Shown here: positions 12,216 through 24,389 of the stretch, one piece after another
Layout of the letters: every line of letters starts with the position of its first letter
How positions within the stretch are numbered: position 1 is the stretch's first letter
Origin: Mobula hypostoma
Lineage: Eukaryota
NCBI RefSeq assembly: GCF_963921235.1
Contig: NC_086097.1
Location: 7,254,001 to 7,318,000 of the forward strand
Reading direction: 5' to 3'
DNA length: 64,000 nucleotides
Notes under the pieces: model-generated
What the model saw: only the letters and a program-made list of their open reading frames with translations
Told to the model about the DNA's origin: nothing
Database searches by the model: none
Translations under genes and position numbers: made by a program

Positions 12216-13227
12216 CATTTGACAGCATACATGTATATAGTTAAATAACAATAAAATGACTTGACTTGAGTGCTCAATTCTAGGCATATCAGCATTGTAC
12301 TTGATGGTAACTTTATGACATCACGTGCTTCATTTTCATCAAATAACAACCCCATTTTCATAGAACAATGTTGCAGAACATTTTAACTATAGCATCTTAA
12401 TTTTGAAGCTAGAAAGAAGCTGAAATGTAATAAAGCTAATAGATGTCATTACAGAATAACATTTTCAAATTGCAGTTTAATTTAAGCATTTGCAAGAGTA
12501 TAAGGCTAGATTGTTCTGGCTTCTCTTTTACAATTTATAGTGTTATTTAAATCTCTTAGTTCCATTACCATGTACATTGCAATCTCTCCCAGTTGTCCAC
12601 TGAATAAAGGCTAAATTATTAGAGCTGTAATGCTTACTGACACCGATGCTATCAAGAGCCACCTATATGACATAGATCTTTATGATTACTGTCCAAAAGC
12701 CACCAATAACATCGCTGACTTCGCTATTTTCTGGAAAGAGCACAGGTAGCACTCAGAGCTGTTATACTGTAGGTTTAATCCAATGTCCTTTTAAAGCAGT
12801 TGTGCCTTTAGGAGATCCACAGTGTAAAAAAATACTGAAAGCTGCAACAAATTGCCGTAGTTTCAGACGCAACCCATCCCCATTTGGAAATCAAATGGGA
12901 AAAATTTGCCTCTGTACATTATGCTGAGGCTAAAGGTTCCCTTTGTATTTATCTTAAGCTGAATCAAATCTGCTTTCACTTCCTGCTTGCAAGAGTGTTA
13001 TGTTGAGGCTTTATAAAGTGCTGGTGATCTGTTGTTTGTTTGCTGGAGTCAGTGCCAGTTGGAGTTAATGCTTCTGCTACTTCTTTGAAGGGTGGGTATT
13101 CAGGGCTTTGATGTTCTATCATTTATTCTGTGGGGTCTCTAGTTTTGTGGATGACTGTGAAGAGTATGAATTTCCGGTTGTAGACTGAATACATTCTCTG
13201 ACATTGAAGGAACTTAAAATCTAAATC

Positions 13228-14165
13228 CGTCTAAGAAAGGATGTGCTGACATTGGAGAGGGTTCAAAGGAGGTTCACGAAAATGATTCCAGTATTGAAAG
13301 GCTGACCATATGAAGAGTAACCAGGTTCTGCGTAACTGAGCCAGAAAGATGGGATCCCAGAATCGTCCCAAGAATCTCTGCCTAATATCTGCTGTGGCCT
13401 CAGCAATTTCCCTATACGTCTTCTGACCTTCCAGTCTAGTCACACCTACCAAAAGATGTGTTGACATTGGAAATTAATGAGAACGATTCTGGTTAACATA
13501 TGAAGAACAGTTGACAGTTTTGGGCCTGGACTTGCTGGAGTTCAGAAGAATGAGGGGGGAATCTTATTGAAACCAATCGAATGTTGAAAGCGCAAACAAC
13601 AGGAATTCTGCAGATGCTGGAATTTCAAGCAACACACGTGAAAGTTGCTGGTGAACGCAGCAGGCCAGGCAGCATCTCTAGGAATAGGTGCAGTCAACGT
13701 TTCAGGCCGAAACCCTTCGTCAGGATCTGAAACGTCGACTGCACCTCTTCCTAGAGATGCTGCCTGGCCTGCTGCGTTCACCAGCAACTTTGATGAATGT
13801 TGAAAGGCCTTGATAGAGTGGATGTGAAGAGGATGTTTCCTATGGTGGGGGAATGTAACACCAGAGGATGCAGCCTCAGAATAGAGGGGCATCTACTTAA
13901 AACAGTGAGAGAGTGGAATTTTTTTAGCCAGAGAGTGGTGAATCTGTGAACTCATTGCCACAGGCAGCTGTGGAGGCCCAGTCATTGGGCATACTTCAGG
14001 CAGGGGCTGATTGATTCTTGATTAATCAGGGCATGAAGGGACTCGGGGAGAAGGCGGGAGATTGGGGCTGAGAAAGAACTGAATCAGTCATGATGAAATG
14101 AGGAGAAAACTTGATGGGCCAAATGGCCTAATTCTGTTCTTATATTTTACGGTCTTACGGTCTTA
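13228..14165 (+). mobile_element. CR1 3' fragment(s) hosting a Penelope insertion
   Basis: LERVQRRFTKMIP..LEFRRMRGNLIET remnant, with the 3' stem GGGCCAAATGGCC and (GGTCTTAC)n tail. Confidence 0.8.
13591..13794 (-). mobile_element. Penelope-derived fold-back mini-element with hammerhead-like core, 12-bp TSD
   Basis: TSD GAATGTTGAAAG at 13579-13590 and 13795-13806; inverted arms about 13640-13705 and 13728-13791; minus-strand CTGACGAAGGGTTTCGGCCTGAAACGTTGACTG. Confidence 0.85.
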
Positions 14166-14671
14166 TAAAAGACTAAAATGTTTAGGCACGTGTGCTTTTG
14201 GGTGGGTGACGAATGAGCTCTCAGTGCTAATACACTAGCAGATCTCTGAAGTCAAGCCATGAATACTGTCTGATGCGAGGGCACCTCCTACGTGCAGCAC
14301 CGGAAGGCTGAGAGAAAGTTGAGTGCCCAAAATTCACACTCTGCATGGCCACATTTCTGAAGAAAAAGATCTGAATGCTTATTGACAGTTGAATTCATTG
14401 TGATTATTAATATTGTGCCTTAATATGGATTTTAATTACATGTAGGAATACTAGAATTAACGGCACATTATTATTATCATCATCATTATCACCAGCAGAG
14501 GAAATTGTTATAGACCCGATAATAGAATGGCTTCTATTTAGCAAGAAGATGCATTGAAAGTCAATACTACTGCTTAATGGATTTTGTTGATGAAGGTACC
14601 AAAAGACATTTTTCAGGAATTATCAAATTGCTGAACTTGTATTGATACATGCTGAAGATGAATATAGCATA

Positions 14672-15049
14672 CAGGTCGACCTTCACTAATCTGACTACCT
14701 ATAATCCGGTTCCTTCGGTAATCCGGCACTAATTTCAAATTCTCCGGGCCACCGTACCAATCTGCTGTGCACTGTTTTGGTTGCGCTAGATCTGTTCACG
14801 TGTTGGTGCGCTCTTGTAAGCACAGACAGGCGATTCCTGCTTGTTTTCCTGCATTTATTAATATCATCTGCGTGAGGCGTGGCAGCCCGGCACCCGCCCG
14901 TCTCACCCGCAAGCGGCAGGGGAGCTGGCGCACACTGGGTCGGTCCGTCTTCTCGCCCGACAGCCGGCAGTCACGCACTGCCCTCCAGCGTCGCCTGGCC
15001 GGCGCTCCGTTCTCTTCTGCCTATGACCTCAGATCAGACGTGGTGACCT

Positions 15050-15083
<34 letters not shown>

Positions 15084-15381
15084 TAAACTAACGAGGATTC
15101 CCTCAGTAACTGCGAGTGAAGAGGGAAGTTAATTCCTGTACATTTACCTGCACCCTTTATTTTATCTGTGCCTGTATAGTATATTACAATTAAAATTTCA
15201 CTTTTGACTCATTTAATATTTCTGTTTCATTATTAACTAACTTGTACTGATTTACATGATATTTTAAAGGTATGATGAGGCGGTCAGCTATTGCTTAATG
15301 TGATCCTTCTGTAATTCGGCATTTTCCCTAATCCGGCACTCCTCAGGTCCCAGTGGTGCCGGATTATAGAAGGTCGACCTG
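14672..15381. mobile_element. pogo/Tigger-like MITE (Tc1/mariner superfamily), 710 bp, TA TSD
   Basis: TA|CAGGTCGACCTTC..GAAGGTCGACCTG|TA (13-bp perfect TIR, extendable imperfectly to about 22 bp), repeated subterminal TAATCCGGCA motifs, no transposase. Confidence 0.9.
14868..15128 (+). pseudogene. rDNA fragment: putative ITS2 3' end plus first ~105 nt of 28S rRNA
   Basis: 15022-15128 reads GACCTCAGATCAGACGTGGTGACCTGCTGAATTTAAGCATATTACTAAGCGGAGGAAAATAAACTAACGAGGATTCCCTCAGTAACTGCGAGTGAAGAGGGAAG, the conserved 5' end of eukaryotic 28S with CpG-to-TpG changes. The upstream GC-rich tract is inferred to be ITS2 by position. Confidence 0.9.
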
Positions 15382-15408
15382 TAGTACATTTATGTTCCCT
15401 TCCAGCAT

Positions 15409-15539
15409 ACACTCAGTGGCCACTTTATTAGGTACATTTCTAGACCTGCCCTTTAATTCAAATACCTAATTATCCAATCTTGCGGCTGCAACTCAATACT
15501 TAAAGCATGCAGACATGGTCAAGAGGTTCAGTTGCTGTT
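15409..15539 (+). mobile_element. Tc1-like transposon left end
   Basis: TA|CACTCAGTGGCCACTTTATTAGGTAC terminus; the downstream sequence overlaps the copy at 24390-24830. Confidence 0.7.
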
Positions 15540-18149
15540 AGTGAAATGTTGTGAAATTTGTTGCTTTACAGCAGAAGTACATAACAACAACAGCCTATAA
15601 ATTGCAATAAAATATATACATAATTTAAGTAAGTAGTGCAAAACAGAGAAATAAGATAATCAGACACTGTTGATGGGTTCATTGTCCATTCAGAGATCTG
15701 ATTTTGGGGTGGAAGAGGCTCGGATTAAGTTGGCATTTGCTGGGCGGTTCATAGGGCCTGTTCCAGAATCGGGCTTACTGTCACCGGCATATGTCATGAA
15801 ATGTGTTGAGTCTGCGGCAGCTGTACGCTGCAATACACAACAGAAAAAAAAATATGAATTCCAGTTAGATATCTCAAGCCTTCACAATTTCAATAGCTAT
15901 GTCAGGCCTCCATTGTTTTACTCCCCATAAATCCTAGGTCCTCCAAAACAGAATCAGAATCAGAATCAGGCTTAATATCACTGACATGTGTCATGAAATT
16001 TGTTGTTTGTGGCAGCAGTACATACAATACATAATAATAGAAAAAAAAACATGCTCCATGTGCTTTCCTGCTTCTGTACCTCCTCCCTGATGGTAACAAT
16101 GAGAGCAAAGCATATCCTAGGGATGGGGATCCTTAATGATGGATGCTGCCTTTTTGAGGCACCGCTCCTTGAAGGTGTTCGGGATACTACGGAGGCTGGT
16201 GCTCATGATAGAGCTGACTAAGTTTACAACTCTCTGCAGCTTATTTTGATCCCGTGCAAGAGGTTCTCCCCTCCAACACCAGACGGTAATGCAGCCAGTT
16301 AGTATGCTCCCCACGGTACATCAGTAGAAATTTTCAAGTGTTTTTGGTGACATACCAAATCTCTTCAAATTCCTCATGAAATAGAGATGCCTTTGTGCCT
16401 TCTTTGCAGCTGCATCTGCGCTGTATCTAAATAAATAAATAGATAGATAGATAGATAGATAAATAAATAAAACTGTTCCTAAAAGGCTGAGTGTGCCTTT
16501 TGGATCCTTTACCTTCTCCTTCATTCATGCTCCTTCTTTTCCTACACATTGTTCTGTTTGAGAACCTTTGCTCGAGATCTCTGCGTGAATCAACTTAACA
16601 GTTCAGAGATAGCTAAGCATGTCACTTTACTGGCGGCCACTTCACTGAAAGAAAAATCTATACCTCAGTGTCTTTCTCTCGATGCCAATAACCAACGAGA
16701 ACCTCCCCATATCACACAGTCATTTCAATTGATTTGGATTTCACTGGTTTTGAAGTTCTTACTGAGTCCACTGTATGAACAAAACTCTCTGGCTTAACCT
16801 CTGTATCACCAGCATTCAGCAGTAAACCTGATCGAGTCTGTGCTGCAGAGTAAAGCACTGTGAAGCTGACAAGCTCATGCATGTGTCAACACTGAAAAAC
16901 TGTTTCAACAACACACTCACTCTATTAACATTTTGAAAGATTTGTGCTTCTCTTGCTTGGCTACTGCCTGCAGCCCTGACCCTGGGAGTGGCATTTGAAT
17001 CTAAATGGCTTCAAAACTGACCGAATATTCAGAACACGCGAGGGTTACATGCAGTATCCTGTCCCTTGATTATCAATAAGACTTGTGCCGTTTCTGTGTT
17101 CACATTGATTAGTCCAGGGACAAACACTCTTCTCTATAAATAAATAAATTAAAAATAGCCACAAATGTAGAAATTCTGTATCAAATGCCGGCGGGCCATG
17201 CTGGGAGTATGTAACAGGTCAGTCAACACCTTTTCAGGTCAGCTCTGCAGAATCCCTTCTACTGTAGCTGTGTCATTCCAACAGTTTTGATTTAATTTCA
17301 CAGAATTATAATATTTTTAGTGTCTATAGATGCACAGTGAAGAGTATACTGACTGGTTGCATCATGGCCTACTATGGAAACACCAGTGCCCTTGAACAGA
17401 AAAGTTTCCAAATATTAGTGGATGTGGCACAGTCCATCACAGGTAAGGCCTTCCTCACTTTTGAGCTCATCTACAAAGAGCAGTGTGGTAGGAAACCAGT
17501 ATCTATCATCAAGGGCTCCCATAATCCAGACATGCTCTCTCCTTGCTGCTGCCATCAGGAAGAAGGTACAGGAGCCTCAGGACCCACACCATCAGGTTGA
17601 GAAACAGTTATCACTCTTCAAACATCAGGCTCTTGAACTAGAAAGGATAATTTCCTCAATTTCAATCACTCCAACACTATGTTCTCGCAACCTGTGGACT
17701 CACTTACTAGGACTCTTCGTCTCATGTTCTCGATATTTATTGCTTTATTTTTATTATTATTATTGTCTAATGTTTTCCTATTGTTGCACAGTACTGTGCA
17801 TTTGTCAATTCAGAGCGGAGAGCAAGTTTGTAAATCTGGTGGAAGCAAAGAATGTTGTGACTGGCAAGGGTGGAGTGCCGCAGGAGGGGTATAGGACAGA
17901 TGGCAGAGACAAAATGCCAGGGGTGGTGAGTGGCATGGGTACAGTCACCCAGCCCTGAGAAACCAGCAAGGTCATTTGATTGCAAACAATTGGTTTATTG
18001 ATCCTTACAGAATATCTTTCTGGAGCTTCCCACACTCTCCCTTCTCTCTTTCCCTTTTCTCAGCCATGATTTGCATCACCTCTTGCTAATCCTTTCCCAC
18101 TCTCAGTCCACAATAGAGACCCATATCAGAATCAGATTTATCATCATTC

Positions 18150-21100
18150 ACACATTGGATATTGAAGCACAAGTAAATGTTCTTGCAGAATCTGAGTTGA
18201 ATACATTAAAGCCAAGACCAAAGTTACATCAGACAAATATAAAAGTGACTGGGTATTCAGGTGCAGACATTCCAGTTAAAGGAACATGTGTGGTAAAAGT
18301 ATCACACAAAAATATGGTGCACACGCTTTCATTTGTGGTCGTGCCGAAGAATGTACAGTCAGTACTTGGTTTATCTGCCTGTGAGAGACTGAATTTGGGG
18401 AAAAGAGTCTTAGTCCTGGATAGTGACACAGAGTGACTTGATGAAAGAGTATGAGGACTTGTTCAAAGGGCTTGGCTGTCTTCCAGGAGAGCACACAATT
18501 AAAATTGACAATGCAGTCACCCGTAGTAAATCAATGTAGAAAAGTACCTTTCGCTTTACGTGATAAGCTTGACAGAATGGAACGGTTCGGAGTCATACAA
18601 AAAATTGATAAACTGACTGAATAGGTCAATTCGTTTGTTTTTGTTGATAAGAAAAGTGGAAAACGGAGGATTAGATTATGAGAACACTCAGTCCTCTTTT
18701 ACTGTCATTTAGAAATGCATACATGCATTAAGAAATGATACAATATTTCTCCGGAGTGATATCACAGAAAACTGGACAAACCAAAGACTAACACTGACAG
18801 AACCACATAATTATAACGTATAGTTACAACAGTGCAAGACATTACCATAATTTGATGAAGAACAAACTATGGGCACAGTAAATAAGGTCTCAAAAGTCCC
18901 CGAGTCGATCGACTCCTGAGTCCCCGATAGCAGGCGGCAAAAAGGAGAAACTCCCTGCCATAAACCTCCAGGCACCGTCAACTTGCCGATGCCTTGGAAG
19001 CAGCCGACCACAGCCGACACTGAGACCATCCATCCGAAAATTTCGAGGTTCCTACCAGCCCCTCCGATACAGCCTCCCGAGCGCCATCCTCTGCCGAGCG
19101 CCTTCGACCTCGCCCCGGCCGCTGAAACAAGCAATGCCGAGGATTCGGGGCCTTCAGCTCCAGAGATTCCGGTTACCACACAGTAGCAGCGGCAGCGAAG
19201 CGGGCACTTCAGAAGTTTTCCAGATGTTTCTCCGTACTCTCACGTCTGTCGCAACCGAATCAGAATTGTGCATGGTCCCCTACTTGACAGATAACAGACA
19301 ACACCACCGAAGTGGCCGCGCATGCTGCCGTCGCGCCGCCATCTTCTCCTTGGCTTTGCTTAGATCCAAGAGCCCTGAATCGAGCCATTAAAAAAGAGCA
19401 TTTCAAATTGCCTACTCGTGAAGAAAATATGTCACAGTTTGCTAATGCAAAGTACTTTACTAAATTAGATGCATCCTCTGGATTCTGGCAACTTAAACTA
19501 GATAAACTGAGTTCAAAGTTGTGTACCTTTAACACTCCTTTTGCCAGATACTCTTTTCTTAGGCTTCCATTTGGAATTGCATCAGCTCCTGAAGTGTACC
19601 ATAAAACCATTCACATGCTACATGAGCACATTGAGAGCGTGGATACCTCCATGGACGATATTATTGTTTGGGGAGGGGATCATCTAAACAAGAGCATGAC
19701 GCCAGACTCAGACAAGTCTTAGAGGGAACACGCAAGGCAAACCTGAAATTGAATAAAGACAAATGTCAGCTAGGAGTGACTGAACTTACCTTCGTGGATG
19801 ATATCATCAGCAATGAGGGTGTGCGTCCTGATCCATTGAAGGTTTCTGCTATTGAGAACGTGTCAAGACCGCAATGTAAAAAGGATGTTCAAAGGTTTAT
19901 GGGAACGGTCAACTACATGGGAAAATTCATACCCAATCTTTCGGAACAACTTGCTCCATTGAGGCAGATAACAGAAAAGAAAAACGGATGGAGCTGGGAT
20001 CATGAACAGGAGAAGGCATGGCAAAACGAAAAGAAAGTGCTCACCAGAGAACCTGTGTTGAAATTCTATGATGCTGAGAGACCCATCAAAATCTCATGTG
20101 ATGCACCTCAAGCAGGCTTAGGGGCAGTATTACTCCAGAAACATGATCAGGAATGGCTACCAGTTGCATAGGCATCTCCTTCATTATCTGATCCAGAAAC
20201 AAGGTATGCCCAAATTGAAAAAGAGTTGCTCAGCATTATGTTTGCCTGTGAGAGATTTCATCAGTTTGTGTCAGGGTAATGTATTGATGTTGAAACCGAT
20301 CATGACATTGCATTGTTTAACAAACCTTCAAGTGACTGTCCTTTGCGAATTCAGTGAATGATTATCAAATTGCAAAGATATGCGTTGAATGTGTCATACA
20401 CACCTGGAAAATTCATGTACACAGCTGACACGTTTTCCAGAGCTGTGGATCCAACAACAGAAGACAGTCACAGGAACGTTATTGATGTTCAGGTATTTAT
20501 TGATATGGTTATAGAAACTGTACCCATTGCTCCTAAGAAGTTGTAACTGCTGCGTCTCGAGACAGAGAAGGACAAAGTTCCCAGTCAGGTAATACAAGTG
20601 GTGATGGATGGGTGGGCAGATAATAAGCATGACTGTACCTCAGAAGTACAAGAATATCGGAACCACAGATCAGAACTTTCTGCTGTGGATGAGACATTGT
20701 ACAAAGGTAGCAGAATTGTAATTCCTAAAAGTCTCCAAAAAGAAGTGCTTGGAAAAATTCATGAAGTCCTCCTAGGTAATGAAAAGTATGAGAAGGGCAC
20801 GGAAAGTGATGCTTTGGCCCAGGATGAATCAAGAAATTGCAGAATTGGTGTCTTCTTGTCAAATAAGTTTTAAATACCAACCTAGCAACCCTAAGGAGCC
20901 ACTGCATCCACATCATAGTCCTCAGAGACCTTATCAGAACATTGATCTGTTTGTAACTGACAACAAAGATTATCTATTAATAACAGATTACTACTCCTTG
21001 TATCCTGAAGTGTGTAGTTTTGGCAGAACAACAGCAGAGAATGTAATTACATGCATGAAATCAGTTTTTTCCAGGCATGGTGTACCTGATGAAATTTTCA

Positions 21101-22008
21101 TAGACAATGGTCCACAATTCAATGGTGAATGCATGAGACATTTTGCTCAGGAATGGGGCTTTGTTCATACAACATCTAGTCCGTTTTCCCTCAGTCCAAT
21201 GGATTAATTGAGAAGTCGGTAGGAATTATCAAGAAACTGATGCACAAAGCAAAAGATAGTGGAGGTGATTTTTATAAAGCTTTGTTCGCCTATCGCAGTA
21301 CTCCACTTGAATGTGGATTTTCACCTGCTCAGCTCTTGATGGGGTGCCATTTGAGATCCAATCTGCCAATAAATGAGAGCCTCCTGAGAACAGAGGAAGG
21401 TGAACAAGTGAAAAGATGGAAAGATGAACACAAAGAAAAGCAGAAAACATACTTTGACAGCTGTTCTCATCCATTACCTGAACTGCACCAAGGAGATGAA
21501 GTAAGGATACAAGACAAAATGAACACATGGACACAGAAAGCTACAGTACTTGAAAAAGTACAACCCAGATCATACATGGTCCAAACAGAGGAGGGAGAAG
21601 TGTGAAGAAGAAATCGCAAAGACCTCAAGAAAGAGCCAACTTCGAAGTTTCAGTTAACTGATGCAGACCAGTCAAAACATGGAAATAACAACGAAACGCA
21701 AGAACTGTGTGAACCACTTAGAAGGCCTACTTGTGTTTGTAAACCCCCAGCGAGACTGATAGAGACATGTTAAATTCTGCATTTGTTTTGATTAATGTTG
21801 CTAATTGTTTTTCTTTTTAAGGAAAGGAAGATGTGGTGATATCATGTGTCATGTGACAGAGTTTAGAGCATGCGCAGAACTGACAGAATGATTGAGAAGC
21901 TTGTATGTTAGACGTGGTTGCTGTTTACTGATAATTAAAAGTTCTAGTTATGTTCTTCCAGAATATGTGTCTTTATGAGTAACCCATGGTACGTATAAAG
22001 AACACAAC
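18150..22008 (+). mobile_element. Decayed Gypsy LTR retrotransposon (protease-RT-RNase H-integrase, PPT, 3' LTR); 5' LTR and gag missing
   Basis: Protease-like LDIEAQVNVL; RT FTKLDASSGFWQ..RLPFG..SMDDII; RNase H ISCDA..GLGAVLLQ; integrase FSRHGVPDEIFIDNGPQF; many stops and frameshifts. PPT AAGGAAAGGAAGA at 21819-21831, then an LTR from TGTGG (21832) to about 22008 (..AACA). Confidence 0.9.
18669..19350 (-). mobile_element. Non-autonomous retroposon family, copy 2, inserted in the Gypsy RT
   Basis: It interrupts the GK(L)R|xCLDP motif. The minus-strand 5' end is AGGAGAAGATGGCGGCGCGACG, with a (TAATC)n tail. Confidence 0.85.
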
Positions 22009-23203
22009 ACTGTGCAAAGGTCTGAGGCTCCCTAGCTATATGTATATGCCCAAGACTCTTGCACAGTACTGTGTTTGCATAGTGTACCTTCGTTTGCACA
22101 CTTTGTTTGTCTGTCTTTGTTATGTCTGCTTTTTCATTGATTCTATTGTGTTTCTTTGTAGTTACTGTGAATGCCAGCAAGAAAATGAATTTCAGCATAA
22201 TATATACACTTGGATAATACATTTTGAACTTTGAACTTTGAATCTAGCTTTTAACAAAGGAATGATGGAGAAGAGCAAAGGCAATAGATCAATTTTCTCT
22301 CATCAGCAAGTTAGTGTCTTCTGCTAAAATATGCTTATAATTTTTTCCAAAATACATTGTTTCACAAATCTAATGGGCAGAAGTAGATGAGAAGGAGGAG
22401 ATCGATTATAATGCCTTTACAGTTAGCTAAGCGTTCAAATGAAAACAAAGCCCAAAACAAACTATTGAGGCATATCTTAGAATTACACCTCTTTTTCATG
22501 TTTGGGGACTGTATCTTACAATCAGATTAACTCAGCTGTGGTTGAAGGAAATGCTTGAGGTGCAGGATGATCTGTCTATCAAGTGGATTACATTCTCCTG
22601 GATGGTACTGAGTTTTCTAAAGTTGCCAAGGCTGAATATGTTCAGCCACCAAGGCATTACCCCTCTCACGGTGGTATTTGGCTTCTACACTCCGGGCCCA
22701 CTTGGAGGAGCTGTTGGGGTCAATTCCTTGCCTTTGTAATGGCCATTGGGTTTGAGTCACTCTCCTTGGAAAGGCGATTGGGTTCAAGCGGTTGTTCTCC
22801 CCGATGGTCTCAAGAGATGTTATCGAAATTCTGAGATTTATGCATTGGACTGTAGTTCAAACTATCTGTAGTTCATATTGGCCTCTTTCAGTGTTATTTT
22901 ACCTTCATGTTCTCACCAGCCTTTCCTGTTGCCAATTGACGGGCTACGAGTTCTTGTAGCTGTTTCTCCATGAGTGTGAGCTATTATTTTTTTGTGCAAG
23001 AGAGAGGTTTGGGGCTTGCAAGTTTTTGTTTCTTTTTTCTTTTCATTTGGGGTGGGGGATTGATGTCTTTTCTTTCAACTATTTCTACAGTTCTTCTGTA
23101 TTTTAAGTCTGTCTGGAGAAGATTACTTTCAGAGTTGTATTCTACATACATACTTACATAATAAAATGAACCTTCCAACCTTTGACTAGGTTTGAGATCA
23201 GAG

Positions 23204-24343
23204 CAACACTCACAACACACTGGAGGAACTCAGCAGGTCAGGCAGCATCCGTGGAAACGATCAGTCGACGTTTCGGTCCAGAACCCTTCGTCAGAACTGT
23301 AGAGGGAAGGGGCAGAGGCCCTATAAAGAAGGTAGGGGGAGGGTGGGAAGGAGAAGGCTGGTAGGTTCCAGGTGAAAAACCAGTAAGGGGAAAGATAAAG
23401 GGGTGGGGGAGGGGAAACAGGGAGGGGATAGGCAGGAAAGGTGAAGAAGGAATAGGGGAAAACACAATGGGTAGTAGAAGGAGGTGGAACCATTAGGGAG
23501 GTGATAGGCAGCTGGGGGAGGGGGCAGAGTGAAATAGAGATAGGGGAAGGGAGGGGGAGGGAACTACTGGAAGTTGGAGAATTCTATGTTCATACCAAGG
23601 GGCTGAAGACTACCTAGATGGTATATAAGGTGTTGCTCCTCCAACCTGAGTTTAGCCTCATCATGGCAGTAGAGGAGGCCATGTATGGACATATCCGAAT
23701 GGGAGTGGGAAGCAGAGCTGAAGTGGGTGGCTACCTGGAGATCCTGTCTGTTGTGGCGGACGGAGCAGAGGGACAGGATCTCCCGGTACCCACCCACTTC
23801 AACTTTGCTTCCCACTCCCATTCAGATATGTCCATACATGGCCTCCTCTACTGCCATGATGAGGCTAAACTCAGGTTGGAGGAGCAACACCTCATATACC
23901 GTCTAGGTAGTCTCCAGCCCCTTGGTATGTACATAGAATTCTCCAACTTCCGGTAATTCCCTTCCCCTCCCTTCCCCTATCTCTATTTCACTCTGCCCCC
24001 TCCCCCAGCTGCCTTTCACCTCCCTCATGGTTCCGCCTCTTTCTACTACCCATTGTGTTTTCCCCTATTCCTTCACCTTTCCTGTCTATCACCTCCCTGC
24101 CTCCCTTCCCCCACTCCTTTATCTTTCCCCTTACTGGTTTTTCACCTGGAACCTACCAGCCTTCTCCTTCCCACCCTCTCCCCACCTTCTTTATAGGGCC
24201 CCTGCCCCCTCCCTCTACAGTCCTGACGAAGGGCTCCGGCCCGAAATGTTGACTGATCATTTGCACGGATGCTGCCCTACCTGCTGAGTTCCTCTAGCGT
24301 GTTGTGAGTGTTGCTTTGATCCCACATCTGCAGGTTATTTTGT
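23204..24343 (+). mobile_element. Penelope-like element: GIY-YIG C-terminus + pLTR preceded by an inverted copy; 14-bp TSD
   Basis: QDLPVPTHFNFASHSHSDMSIHGL..RLEEQHLIYRLGSLQPLGM on both strands (ORFs 23618+ and 23564-); about 560-bp inverted arms; TSD GTTTGAGATCAGAG at 23190-23203 and 24344-24357. Confidence 0.92.
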
Positions 24344-24389
24344 GTTTGAGATCAGAGTTTTCCTCCTCTTCGATAAGCTGCCAACCCAA

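Noticed and set aside
13318..13510. Possible TIR element (TAACCAG..CTGGTTA) with a CATATGAAGA TSD
   Set aside because: The right part is a decayed second copy of the same CR1 segment (GATGTG.TGACATTGGA..CATATGAAGA), so the apparent TSD is explained by two CR1 fragments; a 7-bp inverted repeat is weak evidence.
15022..15128. Functional 28S rRNA gene
   Set aside because: Only about 105 nt, CpG-decayed, with no 18S/5.8S or rest of the unit, and embedded in a MITE.
16549..16797. 82-aa ORF in unique sequence (also 26688-26993 and 47010-47345)
   Set aside because: Non-ATG starts, no recognisable domain and no convincing paired splice signals.
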